A stretch of DNA of 64,000 nt. Origin: Dipteris shenzhenensis. Taxonomy: Eukaryota. The notes beneath the pieces were generated by a model that saw only the letters and a list, made by a program, of their open reading frames with translations, was not told where the DNA came from and ran no database searches. The stretch is from NCBI GenBank assembly GCA_047967505.1, contig CM106538.1. The stretch is one strand, 5' to 3'. Of this stretch, positions 1 through 11,900 are shown piece by piece. Position numbers and translations under genes: made by a program. Positions within the stretch are counted from its first letter, which is position 1. Each line of letters begins with the position of its first letter.

Positions 1-145
1 TGCATCTTTTGATGCTTTGAGCTTTGAGTTTTTTGGTGATATTTCACTCTATTGTGGCATACACATTTGGGTGCACCTGGTATTTGGTGTGATTCTCTCT
101 TGCAAGCACTAGCATTTGGGATTTTGTTTCATTTGCATCATGGCA

Positions 146-847
146 TCCTCTTCCATGTCTGAAAAGGAGTTTTTCAGCATTAAAAATTTTGATGGGACAA
201 ACTTTTCTTTGTGGAAAGAACAAATAAGGGATGTGCTTATTCAAAAGAAGGATGTGCTTATTCAAAAGAAGCAGATTAAACCCTTGGTAGGGATTGAAGC
301 TAAGCCTGCAAATATGTCTGAGGATGATTGGAATGAGTTGGATGCATTAGCAAAGTCTACTATTAGACTTCATCTTGCAGAGTCAGTTTATTTCACAGTA
401 GTAAATGAGCAGACTACGGAAGATTTATGGAAGAAACTGTGTGCCACTTATGAGAAGGAAACTGCCTCTAATAAAGTTTACCTCATGAAGAGGTTGTTTG
501 AGCTACATATGAAGGAAGGGGTCTCCATTACTTCTCACTTGAATGAATTCAATATTATTTTCAACCAGCTTCAGGCTCAGAAGATGAATTTTGATGTGGA
601 GACTAAGGCAATATTTCTCTTATGTTCATTGCCATCCTCATGGGATACCTTCCATACAGCTGTCAGTAACTCTGCACCTGGTAGAGTACTAAAATTTGAT
701 GATGTTGTGGGTAGCTTGTTGGCCGAGGAGATTAGACGGAAGTCTATGGATGGCAACAAGCAGGATGCAGCCTTAAGTGTGCAAAGGGACAGATCACAGT
801 TCAGGGGGAAGTCCCAAGAAAGAGGGAAGTCTCGCTATCATGTGTGA
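146..847 (+). pseudogene. copia Gag, N-terminal part; truncated by an inversion at ~834
   Basis: ORF 116-847 has copia gag motifs and an in-frame 21-bp tandem duplication (DVLIQKK x2, 230-271). It stops just after RGKSR. Confidence 0.9.
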
Positions 848-1030
848 CTGCATTGATCTCCTCAATCTTCACTTTTCCTTTGTCCTCCCTTGGACTCTCT
901 TCCTTTTGATTTGCACCCCAATTTGCATTCTTTTTCTTATCCTTTTGCTCTCTTTTCAGCTTGTAGCAATCCTTTTTCATATGGCCCTTCTTGCCACAAT
1001 GATAACACTCAATGTTCCGTGTTGCTTTTG
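834..1030 (-). other. inverted gag zinc-knuckle segment
   Basis: The minus strand encodes ATRNIECYHCGKKGHMKKDCYKLK...EEINAVTHDS (CX2CX4HX4C), the expected continuation of the plus-strand gag. Confidence 0.85.
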
Positions 1031-3850
1031 GCCAGGGGTGCCAAGTGTGGGAATTTGTATCCCTTACATGTATCAGGGGTATTTGATCATGTTGTTGCAA
1101 TAACCGAGCAGCCAAGCACTTCTTTGTGGCATTGCAGGTTGGGGCACATGAGCCAGAATGGAATGAAACTCTTATGCCGTTTGGGTTATGTACCGCATTT
1201 GAGTTTCTCTGATTTTGAAATTTGTGAGCATTGTCTCTATGGGAAGCAAACTAAATCAGCCCATAAAAGAAGGGGAAAGAAAGAGTTTGAAATGCTTGAT
1301 TTGGTGCATTCAGACGTATGTGGTCCCATGCCTACACGGTCATTAGGCGGGGCTGAATACTATGTGACATTCATTGATGATGCAACTAGGAAAGTGTGGG
1401 CTTATGCTATAGCTCAGAAGAGTGATGTGTTCCAGGTATTTCAGAAATGGCTGGCCTTGGTTGAGAATCAGTCAGGTAGAACGCTTAAATGCCTACGGAC
1501 TGACAATGGTGGAGAGTATCTCTCTCATGACTTTCAGCATTTCTGTGATACACGTGGGATTAAGAGGGAGCTCACATCCCCTCATACACTAGAGCAAAAT
1601 CCAGTTGCAGAAAAGATGAACCGTACCATTCAAGAAAGGTTGCAATGCATGCTTTCCAATGCAAGTCTTTCTGGTGGTTTTTGGGCTGAGGCAATGAAGA
1701 CTGCAGTGCATGTGATCAATAGATCACCTAGTAAGAGTTTGGATGGTGATATTCCTGAAGAGGCATGGAGTGGCAAGAAGCCCTCTTACTCTCATTTGCA
1801 TATATTTGGGTGTGAGGCATATGCACATGTGCCAAAAGAGCACCGAAAGAAGCTAGATCCTAAGTCTAGGAAATGCATCTTTTTGGGTTATGGTGAAAGT
1901 GGAGAGATGGGCTATCGTCTCTGGGATCCAAAAGCAAAGAAGATCATATGCAGCCATAATGTGGTCTTCAATGAGAAGAAGATGCATAAGGCACCCATGA
2001 GGGATGTGGAAATGAGGAGAATCACTTTCCAGGATGTGAATCCACCTGCATATGTTGATAGACAGCAAGCTGTCCATGCACCAAATGTGCAAGAAATGGT
2101 ACCACCAAGTACTCCCACAGGTATACAATCAAGGGTAGATGATGGATCATCTATCGGTGGAAATGATGAGCCAAATGTGGCTGATATGCAGGTGGGACAG
2201 CAAGCTGAAATGCCCTTGAGAAGATCATCTAGAGTGTCTAGACCACCTGCTGATAGGTTTGTCCCAGGGGTAGACTATGTGATGCTTACTGATTGCGGGG
2301 AGCCTTCTTGCTGCAAAGAGGCTATGATGTGCGAGGATCAACGCAAGTGGGAGTATGCTATGCAATCAGAGATGAGTTCACTTATGAATAATAATACTTG
2401 GGACTTGGTTTCTTTGCCACATGGAAAGAAAGCATTGCCATGCAAATGGGTCTACAAAATGAAGGTCACAGGTGATGATGTGCCTAGGTACAAGGCCCGT
2501 TTGGTTGCTAAAGGGTTCAAGCAAGAGAAGGGTGTGGACTTTGATGAGATATTGTCTCCAGTTGTGAAGATGACCACACTTAGATGCATGCTTGGACTAG
2601 TGGCAGCAGAGGATATGGAGCTTATGCAGATGGATGTCAAGACAGCTTTCTTGCATGGGGATTTGCATGAGGAAATTTACATGGTGCAGCCGGAAGGCTT
2701 TGAAGAAAAGGGCAAAGAGCATTTAGTTTGCAAGTTGAAGAAGAGTCTCCATGGTCTTAAGCAAGCACCTAGAGAATGGTATCAGAAGTTTGATGCTTTC
2801 ATTCGGTCCCAGGGTTTTAGAAGGAGTGAAATTGATCACTGCCTCTACAATAAAAGGGCTAAGGATAATAGCCTGATAATCCTGGCACTATATGTGGATG
2901 ATATGCTATTGGCTAGCAAGAGTACTTATGAGCTAGATGCATTAAAGGCCAAGTTGCATGAGGCCTTTGATATGAAGGATTTGGGATTTGCAAGTCACAT
3001 TCTTGGTATGCGCATCACGTGTGATCGGAGTAGGAAACTCCTTTGGCTTTCACAAAAAGAGTATGTTACAAAAGTATTACAGCGTTTCAATATGGAGGGG
3101 GGGAAGGCAGTGAGTACTCCATTGCCTCCATATGTGAAACTGAGTCATACAGATAGTCCCAAATCAGATGAGGAGAGGGCCATGATGTCCAAGGTTCCTT
3201 ATGCATCAGTAGTTGGGAGTCTTATGTATGCTATGATAGCTACTAGACCAGACATTGCATTTGCAGTGGGAGTTGTTAGCCGGTATATGGCTAATCCAGG
3301 AAAGAGGCATTGGGAGGAAATTAAGTGCATCATGAGGTACATGAAGGGTACCAAGGAGATGTGCATCTGCTTTGGTAAAGGAGACATGTCTGTACTTGGG
3401 TACATAGATTCAGACTATGCAGGGCATGTGGATAGTAGGAGATCCACTTCTGGTTATATGTTCACCTTTGCAGGTGGTGCAGTGTCGTGGATGTCTCGTG
3501 CACAGAAGTGTGTTGCTTTGTCTACCACAGAGGTTGAGTATGTTGCAGCCACAGAGGGTTGCAAGGAGGCTATATGGCTTGATCAGCTAGTGGGAGATTT
3601 GGGGATTCATACAGGTGTACCGACATTGCATAGTGATTCCATGAGTGCTATTCGGCTAGCACGGAATCCGGTCTTTCATGCAAAGACCAAACACATTGAG
3701 GTCAGGTACCATTTCATCAGGGAGGTACTTGAGGACAAGCGCATAGAGCTTGTCAAGGTTCATACAGATGATAACCCTGCAGATATGCTGACGAAGAGTC
3801 TACCTAGTCAGCGGTTTGAGTATTGTCATGTATTGATGGGCATTGGATAG
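1020..3850 (+). CDS. copia Pol (integrase, RT, RNase H); open frame but lacking the protease
   Basis: ORF 890-3850 is uninterrupted. Pol-like sequence starts at LLLARGAKCGNLY; no aspartic-protease D(S/T)G motif is seen. Confidence 0.9.
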
Positions 3851-4178
3851 TATGCTCACTGGTTGTTCTCCCTTAAAGGCACGTTATACTTTAAGTGGGA
3901 GGTTGGGGGGTTAAAGGTCACTGTGCCTTTACCCCGGTTATGTACAATACTCAAACACATATATAAATTAATGAAAAAGAAGATTAGGGTGGTTTTGCAC
4001 CCACCAAAACTTGTGGCTCTCTGTCTCTCTCTCTCTCCTTCTTCCGTTCTTACTTCCGTTGAGAGCACTCTCATAGAGAAGATTAACAATTTAATAGATT
4101 ACACAAAGATTACATAGATTACAATCTCAAAGACTTCTTTACTTCAAATTACATCTCAAGGACTCCTTGTTGAGCTCC

Positions 4179-5631
4179 CTAATTGCAGGCTTGCCCCTCC
4201 TTGCTCCTTTCCAGAATGGGGCTGGCCTGGCCCCTCCCTCCATGCCGCTTCCTCTTTCCTTGATTTGAGCTTCCTGGTTGCAAGCTTAGCCCCTCTTTCT
4301 CCTTTCTTGAAGGGGGTTGGTTCCTCCCTTCAGACCCCTTTTCCTCGTAGTTAGGCTCGGTCTTGGCCTTCTTCAATTTGAGCTCCTTATTTTTAAGATC
4401 TTTTATTCAAATGGCAAATTTTGAGCAGCATCATCTACTTTCTCATCATAGATAGCTGTAGCAAGCAGGCACATTTGATCTGTCCATGACCTGGGCAATG
4501 GCAAATGGCATTCTCTATAGCTAGATTTTGTATGCACAAACACTACAAAGCCAAAAACGTGCATATGGTGGTAGCATATAGGCCATCAAATACAATAGTC
4601 ATTATGATGGGGGTATGGTAGACCATGCATTTCGAACCCTGTTGCATAGCAGGATAGGCATCCGATTTAACTATTGCGGCCATGAATACCACAGTCTTGC
4701 TCTATACATGCTGAAGTTGCTTCTTGATTCCTTCCTCCCTCATCCTAAGGTTGCGGATGTTCTCCTTCATCTCCTCCACTTTTTGCTCACTCTGTGCAAC
4801 AGCTTCATCTGAATCCCTCAGCATCTCTTGAAGCTGCGTGAATTGCTAAAAAACATCCATGGCAAGCTCATGCACACATCTATCGTGATCTTCTTGTAGG
4901 GTCTTGTAGCTTACTCTTTGGACTTCCAATAGTGTTTCAAAAAAGCAACCCTCATCGTGGCTGCTGCAAATTGCTCCACTGTGGTGGCTGGAACTTGCTC
5001 CACCGTAGCTGCTCTCTGCATCCTTCTTGGCTTGGGGAGCTGCCTCGTTGTCTTCTCCACCCCGACTGCTCTCTACCCCATCCTTCCTGACCTTGAAGCT
5101 CTCTCGTAGTTCCTGCATCACCTTTTTGGTTTCTGCATTCTCCCTTTTCAGCTCCTCCATCATCTGGTCTTTTTTAATGTTCAATGTGTTCTACATGTTG
5201 CAGAGCCATTTGTAAAGACCATTTTTTTTGGCTCTCTGATCTTCAAGATCCTTTCGCATCTTTTCTAGCTCCTTGTCTGCCATGTCCCCATCATTTCTCA
5301 CTTCTTTGATCCTATCTCGGAGATCCTTCATGCGCTTCTCTGCTGCTTCTCTTCTATGCCTTTCCATGTCGACCAATTTTGTAGTGGTCTTAGCTTGCTC
5401 TTGTGCCTACAAGGCCCTTGCTTGTGCCTCCTCTACCTTGGCTTTTGCACCTTTCCTGAGACTTTTCTCAAGTTGCGTTGCCTTTGCTGCATCAGTGGCT
5501 TTCTCTTGTAGAAAAGTCACCTTCTGAGACATCTGCTTATCGTATTGCTCAAAAATCCCTTTGAGGGTAGTTGCCATCAGGTGCATTTTGCAACTCCACG
5601 TACTGCTGAGATGACAATTGGGATTTGCCAT
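4179..5631 (-). pseudogene. degenerate coiled-coil protein ORF, probably a transposon accessory gene
   Basis: Consecutive K/E-rich minus-strand ORF fragments (5407-5631, 5191-5376, 4846-5184, 4179-4376) broken by stops; Cys/His-rich patch near 4450-4630. Confidence 0.4.
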
Positions 5632-5652
5632 CCACGCAATTCTTCAGGTTGG

Positions 5653-8600
5653 TTAATATGCTCTTGGAGATCCCCTTAAGAAAGATACATCACGCCCTTT
5701 TAGTTGCTCTACTGCTACTTGAACCTGCCAGAACTTGCAGGTTCCTCTCATATCAGTCTTCTTCAGCACATCATGGTTTTCACAATTGTCATGATCCCCT
5801 ATGATGCACGCACTATGGAAACAAGAAAGTTTTCTTGTTTTAATTAGTTGGTTGTTTGAAAAGCCCCATATGTTGTGCTGACCACGAACTCCTTTAATTT
5901 TCTCACAATCGTGCTGGCTTCTCCTTTGCACTTCATCCACTTTCACTTCATGGAACACTCTGCGTACTACAGTATTCTTAAGGCTTTGTTTACTATATGT
6001 TGAATTCGCACCTGTAGAGAGGTTGGCTGTAAGCCATGTTGCAGCATCATGGACATCATTGAGTTTTTCTTGAGGGCATGCTAATTGGTGTTTAAATAGA
6101 GCTTGCTTAATAATAACACCACATCCATCATGCTCACCCTTGCCATGGCCAAACCCAAAGGAATTCCACATCATGTCTAGACCGGTCAAGGATTTGAACA
6201 TTAAGATGAAGTAGAATCCATGGGCTGATTTAAATTGAGAGGCATCACCCTTTGACTACACCCAATGTTGTTTTACATTTTCTACATGAGGATTTTCCTT
6301 TTTCAGCCATTCCGAATGCAATAGAAAAGCATGCTGCATAAATAGGGTGTCATGTTCCCTATCATCTAAAAATGTAGAAATGGTGCATGCGCTGCACTGA
6401 TTTGGACTCCTATGAGTCAGCAAGCAGATTGGCATCATGCATGAAAGAATCAAGCAGATGACTGTACGTGATATGCATAAGAATTGTTATCTACTTGTTG
6501 TACTAGCGAGCACTTTGTATCTCATATTGTTCTTGAAAAGAATAATTTTGTGCAAAATCTATGACAGATACAATAGTGTCACGGGGAAAATTGGCAAGGC
6601 ACGTCTTGAACTGCTTATCCTACTAGCTAGCCATGAAATTGTGAAGCACATATTTTGGGATGGATTGAATCACATGACCTACAAGCTCCCTTGGCTAGGT
6701 GCTCTTATATGATAGTAGCCATCTCTTTTTATCGGATCCTTTAACATTGACATTTTCAAATCTCCTCCATTTTAGAGCAACATGGCTTTCTTCCCTCATT
6801 TCATTTGGATAGACATTGAATGTCTTCTTCTTCAGCTTCAAACTGCAATGCTTGCATGTACCGTGAATGCATTCAATCCTATGCCACTCACGGTCTCCCT
6901 TTGGACAAACCACTGGCTCCCACAGAGACCTTAGGCTACAAAACCTACCCTCCCTTGCAACACATGATGAGGATCCAGGTGGCCTATAGACTGCGCATTC
7001 ATTGGGGAGGCATGGGCATCGATCCCATGGAGCAATGCTCCAACACGACCAGATCTCAAGTCATTCATAGCTTGTCGAGCCAGGTCAAAGTCTATGTGTG
7101 TTTTGCAACAACAAACATTCCTGTCTTTGAGTTTCCTTATGTACCAAGGCTTACAATGCTCAAAGCTCCTCTGGCCAATTGAAATGTCCAGAGTCTGATC
7201 CGTAAACTTGAGATACAACTGTGTCTGCTGACCCAACATGCGGGAACAACATAACAATGAGCCCCTTTTTTGCTACTACCAAAAGAATACAAAACACAGT
7301 CTAATTAAAGTATATAATGAAGCAAAATAATTTTCAACCACTGCGTTAGTTTAGGACAGTCATAATTTCAATCATTGGGCTGGTTTAGGACACATTTAGG
7401 ACCTTCAACCACCGGGCTGGTTTAGGACACATTTAGGACAGTCATAATTTCAACCACCAGGATGGTTTAGGACACTGACACAATTTCAACCACTGGGATG
7501 GTTTAGCTTGATGGTCTCAACTTCACATATTAGACAATAACAAGTATATTGCTTTTCATTTCCGAATTTCACCATTAGAAAATAACAATATATTGCTTTT
7601 CATTTCTAAATTTCACAATTTAACAGTGGTATGTGACCCGAATAGCAAGAAATTAAATTTAATGAATTTAAGTACTAAGAAACACAATAATTTCAACCAT
7701 CGGGCTAGCCAATAACTAATGTCTATTCAACCACGTTGGTTCAAGACAGTCACATAACTGGTGATTGAGCTGAAGCAGCCATGGTTGCATGATGTTCCAA
7801 CCATCGGGCTGGTTTAGTAAAATAACAATATATTGTGAAATATATTGCTGTTAATTTCTGCTCAACCATGCCATCAGGCTGGACAACAACTAATGTCTAT
7901 TCAACCATGCTCGTTCAAGACAATCACATAATTGGCAATTGAGCTGAACTAGCCTACGATTGCATGATGTTCCAACCACGAGGCTAGTTTAGGACAATCA
8001 CATTTAGTCCAAGCCTGGTTTAAGAAATGAAACAAGTAAACTATCCCAAAGCTCAATCGCAAACAACCACTAGGCTGGTTTAGGCACCACTGACCTGTGT
8101 TGTATCTAGCATGTGTATGATGTGCTCCTTAAACACCTTGCATCCCTTCTGCTTCTTACAGATGTCCTTTCTATTTGAAGAAACTCTCATATTTTCATGC
8201 CAAAATGTCATCTCACTATAGCAATGACTTTTGCACTTAGGCTATCTCTCCTTTTCTTGCATTCTGTTGAAGCCCACAGATTCTCGGATTGGGAGATCAT
8301 GCATTGCTTTTGCTCTACATTCAACCGCTGGAGCCACTTTGGCCCTTCTGATTGATAACATCTTTGATATTCTGCGTCCAAGCCATTTCTCCTTTGTTTC
8401 AGGGGACACAAACATAGCTAATGTCACCCTCTTTGCAGCTAGTTGATCTAAGCTGTGCAGCCCTTTCACTTTTTGTAGGCCATTTCTCACGTTAGAGAGC
8501 ATCGCCTCTTGGGCATGCATCTCCCGAGGTGTTGGTAGGGTTGTTACTCTATGAACTTTAGGGTGCAGGCTAAAGCTTGTGAAGACTTGAGACTGATAAT

Positions 8601-8950
8601 CACCTAAATGGCCTGATGTTGCTACCTCGAATGCTCCCACCAATCGTGACACCACAGCTCGTGTTCTTTGATCCGATGGCAATTATCAAATGCATGCATC
8701 TATAACCACTTCTTGCTGCTGCTCTACAAGGAGTCTTCTTTCTTCTCATTATTTCCCCCTTCGCAGATGTTGCAAAAGTGTCTTTCGTTGCTGATTCGAT
8801 ACCGTGCCAGTGCTTTTCTCGACCCACACTCTGTTCCTTGTGCCTTGACCTGGCTTTTCGACCTTCCTATCTCACAACCTCTGTTTGCTTCTCTTGCAAG
8901 CTATGGCGAGCTGCATGTTGCCATTGATGCCATGGCCACGATCAATCCAG
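5653..8950 (-). mobile_element. degenerate spliced DDD-type DNA transposase (Sola-like, probably Sola2)
   Basis: Ordered motifs across fragments: ISIGQRSFEHCKPWYIR..RNVCCCKTH; CPK..ECIHGTCKHC; DDREHDTLF; HWV*SKGDASQFKS (a decayed WSDG.A.QFK); WNSFGFGHGKGEHDG; IKGVRGQH..RKLSCFHSAC. GT-AG intron 8094-7225. Confidence 0.6.
7331..8090. repeat. array of caaccaNNgggctggtttaggaca-like units plus a ~130-bp duplication, inside the predicted transposase intron
   Basis: About five units at 7331-7506 and further copies at ~7693, ~7797, ~7972 and ~8065; 7693-7818 resembles 7863-7993. Confidence 0.85.
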
Positions 8951-11900
8951 AATAGACCCAAAGAAGCTAGCTGGTGAGGCAAACAAAGAATAGAAGACAA
9001 CTTACCCGAAAGAAGACAATGGCAAACCAAAGTTTGTGCAAGGTCACGTCGCGGTGCATGCAGGTTGCAAGGCGGGGGCAATTGCAAGTACTTAATCTTC
9101 CAAGATTTAATGGGCAGGAGGTGTGAAAAATCAAAATTTGCAGGAGTAGCAAAATTTTAGCCATCGGTTTTCCCCCCTTTGGTGATACACAATAGCAGAT
9201 TTGGATATCCCAAACAAGTGCAATGTGGCCTAAAATGCTTCAAAACACAAATAGGCCAAAGGGCACACTATCGGGTTTGATGCTGTGTATTATTAAATGC
9301 AATGACCTTTGACATGCTTATGAGCCATATAGCAAGCAAGTGCATGGAAAAAGAAACAATTCAAATTATAAATAGTGTGTTCGATTTATTAAAATATCTT
9401 TGCACATGCACAAATTGCACTTTTCCAACTTCTTCCATTTAAGGGTGAATCTAGATACCAATACCAACAACTATCAATGTTTTAAGACCACCATACACTA
9501 GTCCCAATAGTTTGGATTCCACATTTCAATCCATTTAGGTTTTCCACAAATCAAAAAAAAATTATGGAGCATGCCCTCAAATGGGTATGCATCACTTTAG
9601 CACAACATTGGACGCCCATTAACCCATGCATAATGATCTCATTTAGATGTGTCCTTGAGTTGAGGAGAAGCTCACGTAGTGTACTTTAGAATGATTACTT
9701 GGTTGCACGTATGTATAGAACAAAATTTTGATGTTTTTGAATAAATTGCTATATCCTATAGTCTTTAGGATGCATGCTTCACATGCAATATAGCACTTGT
9801 AATGCTTTAACGGTCTCGTTATTCCATAATTTTTTGCTCTCATGTTCAAGTTTGGAATGTGTACTACAACTTGAAGACAAAGTTTGCCGAATTCCGTTGA
9901 GCAATGCATAAGTTATGGGTCATGCAAGATACCTATATACAAAAAAGTCCTTGAACCTCACCAAAAATGGCTACACCCAAGCAAGCAATGACCCAAAATA
10001 CATTTGTCTAAGATACAAAGGACAATAAAAACTAAGAGAAGGGAAACAATTCAAATATGAAGACATAAAGTTATTATTATTTATATGTCTTATGTTAGTT
10101 TGTGGGATAGTGTATCTTGAAATTGGATGCAAAAGATATGACAAAAATATTATAAAGGTACACTATGTATTGATTAATATCTAGATTTCCTTCCATAACT
10201 TTTCGACTTGTCCCCTAGTGGGCAGGATCCAAATCTTGTATGCACTATATCGAGTTTTATGGAATGGATTTCTCTCTTGGGGTGTGAATTTAAAATAATG
10301 CTAATATAGCATGTGAGAATAAATAGAGGCATCTTTAACTTTACATCATGAAGAAGAATGAACACTTATGCATTTAGGAAAATAAATAAAAAGTTTAGTA
10401 TAAAGAAGATTAATGTATATATATGAGCTACCAAGTTATGTACTTATGAAAGTTCTTATGAATTTCCATGTGGGAAATATGTAGTTTTGAAGGCCAAATA
10501 CGATTGGAATAAAGGATTTTAATAAAGCCTATAAATGCAATTAGGAAAATTCATATGAGTTGCCATGTGAAAAAGGGACAAAAAATGGGACAGTATGGAG
10601 GGTTGGAACTTTCAAGATTGTACCTACTAGAATCTGTCATAATATAATCCAACAAAGTTAATGTCATCGAGATGTAGGTGTCCTTAAAATTAGCATTAAA
10701 TAAGATAAGCAAAAAAGACAAAATCTTAAAGTTCCAAGTACCCCTTTGCAATGGCACAAAAGCTTTTTTGTAATCCTCCAATTTGGTTATAAAAAAGCTA
10801 GCTTATTTTACATATCATGACACTTTATGTGGAAATTGTTTGACTATAGTGTTGATTTCATATTCAATTCCTCATAAAAAATTCCATGGACTTATATTTT
10901 TGTCATGAAAATACTTATTGAATGTGACCTGACAAGAGCTTGACAAGGCCCTAAAAAAGGGGGAGGGTTACATTAATATATATGTTAAACATAATTAATT
11001 CCCATAAAGATTTAGAGCAGAACTTCAAATTGACCATTCAAACATGTATACAATGGAAGGGCATAAACAATAAGTTTAAACATCGAAAATTTAAGCATAA
11101 GGGTATTTTTAATATATGCTTGCTTGCCTAGCTACATGGGTTTCTAAGCGTGTCCCCATCGAGATGAGGCCAATGGCAAAAAAATAATTGTTCTGTTGAT
11201 GAGAGCTAACTCACTTAGGGGTTGTCAATGATTGCTTTGCTGCCCCTTTGCTAATTATAATTTGTAAGTAGCACTAACCAAGAATGAACTATTGTAGAAA
11301 GGATTAAGACATCCATTGTATTTTTGAAGGAATGTATTGTTATCTGTGTAGATATTAAGCAACAAGGTGCTATATGCAAAAGATTAATTGATCTTATTGG
11401 ATTAATTTGTTCTCTCTCTCTCTCTCTCATTCATATATATATATATATATTTTTTTTATAATTTATAATTCTTATTCTAACCTCCCATTCTAACTAATTC
11501 CTTGAAGCTTATGTTGCTATACCCAAATCTATGACATATAGTCTAAGGTAGGCTAATGCAGGGAATTCAATGTTAGCCTACTGGAAGGAGATTATGGTAA
11601 ATTCTCAAGGCTTGCAATTTTAGAAGTGTACACTTTTTCCTTGAACCATAATTCAAAACCTAATCTTGTGAAATCTAGAAAAGTTATGAAACGAAAAGGT
11701 TTTGTGCATCCTTAACACTAGTTTGGTAGCATAACAGGACATAAAAGTGTTCTTTTGATGTTTTGGTAAAAAAAACACATTTTGATTATTTCCTCTCTTG
11801 AGCTTAAGGTAGACTCATAGTACTATTTTTAAAAAGTATAAGGAGTACAAAACCATTATATATAATTACAAAATGCTGACAAATGTATGGTAATACAATT

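Larger units (their letters stand above)
116..3938 (+). mobile_element. Ty1/copia LTR retrotransposon (gag-INT-RT-RNaseH), internally rearranged; 5' LTR outside the window, 3' LTR apparently truncated
   Basis: Gag (FDGTNFSLWK..., UBN2-like), GAG-pre-integrase (LWHCRLGH, CEHC), integrase (VHSDVCGP, LRTDNGGEY), RT (QMDVKTAFLHG, LYVDDML), RNase H (DSDYAG, KHIEVRYHFIRE). INT lies before RT. Polypurine tract aagtgggagg at ~3893, followed by TG. Confidence 0.95.

Noticed and set aside
7331-7506. CRISPR-like repeat/spacer appearance
   Set aside because: Repeats are degenerate, spacers are short and themselves repeated, there are no cas genes, and the context is a eukaryotic intron.
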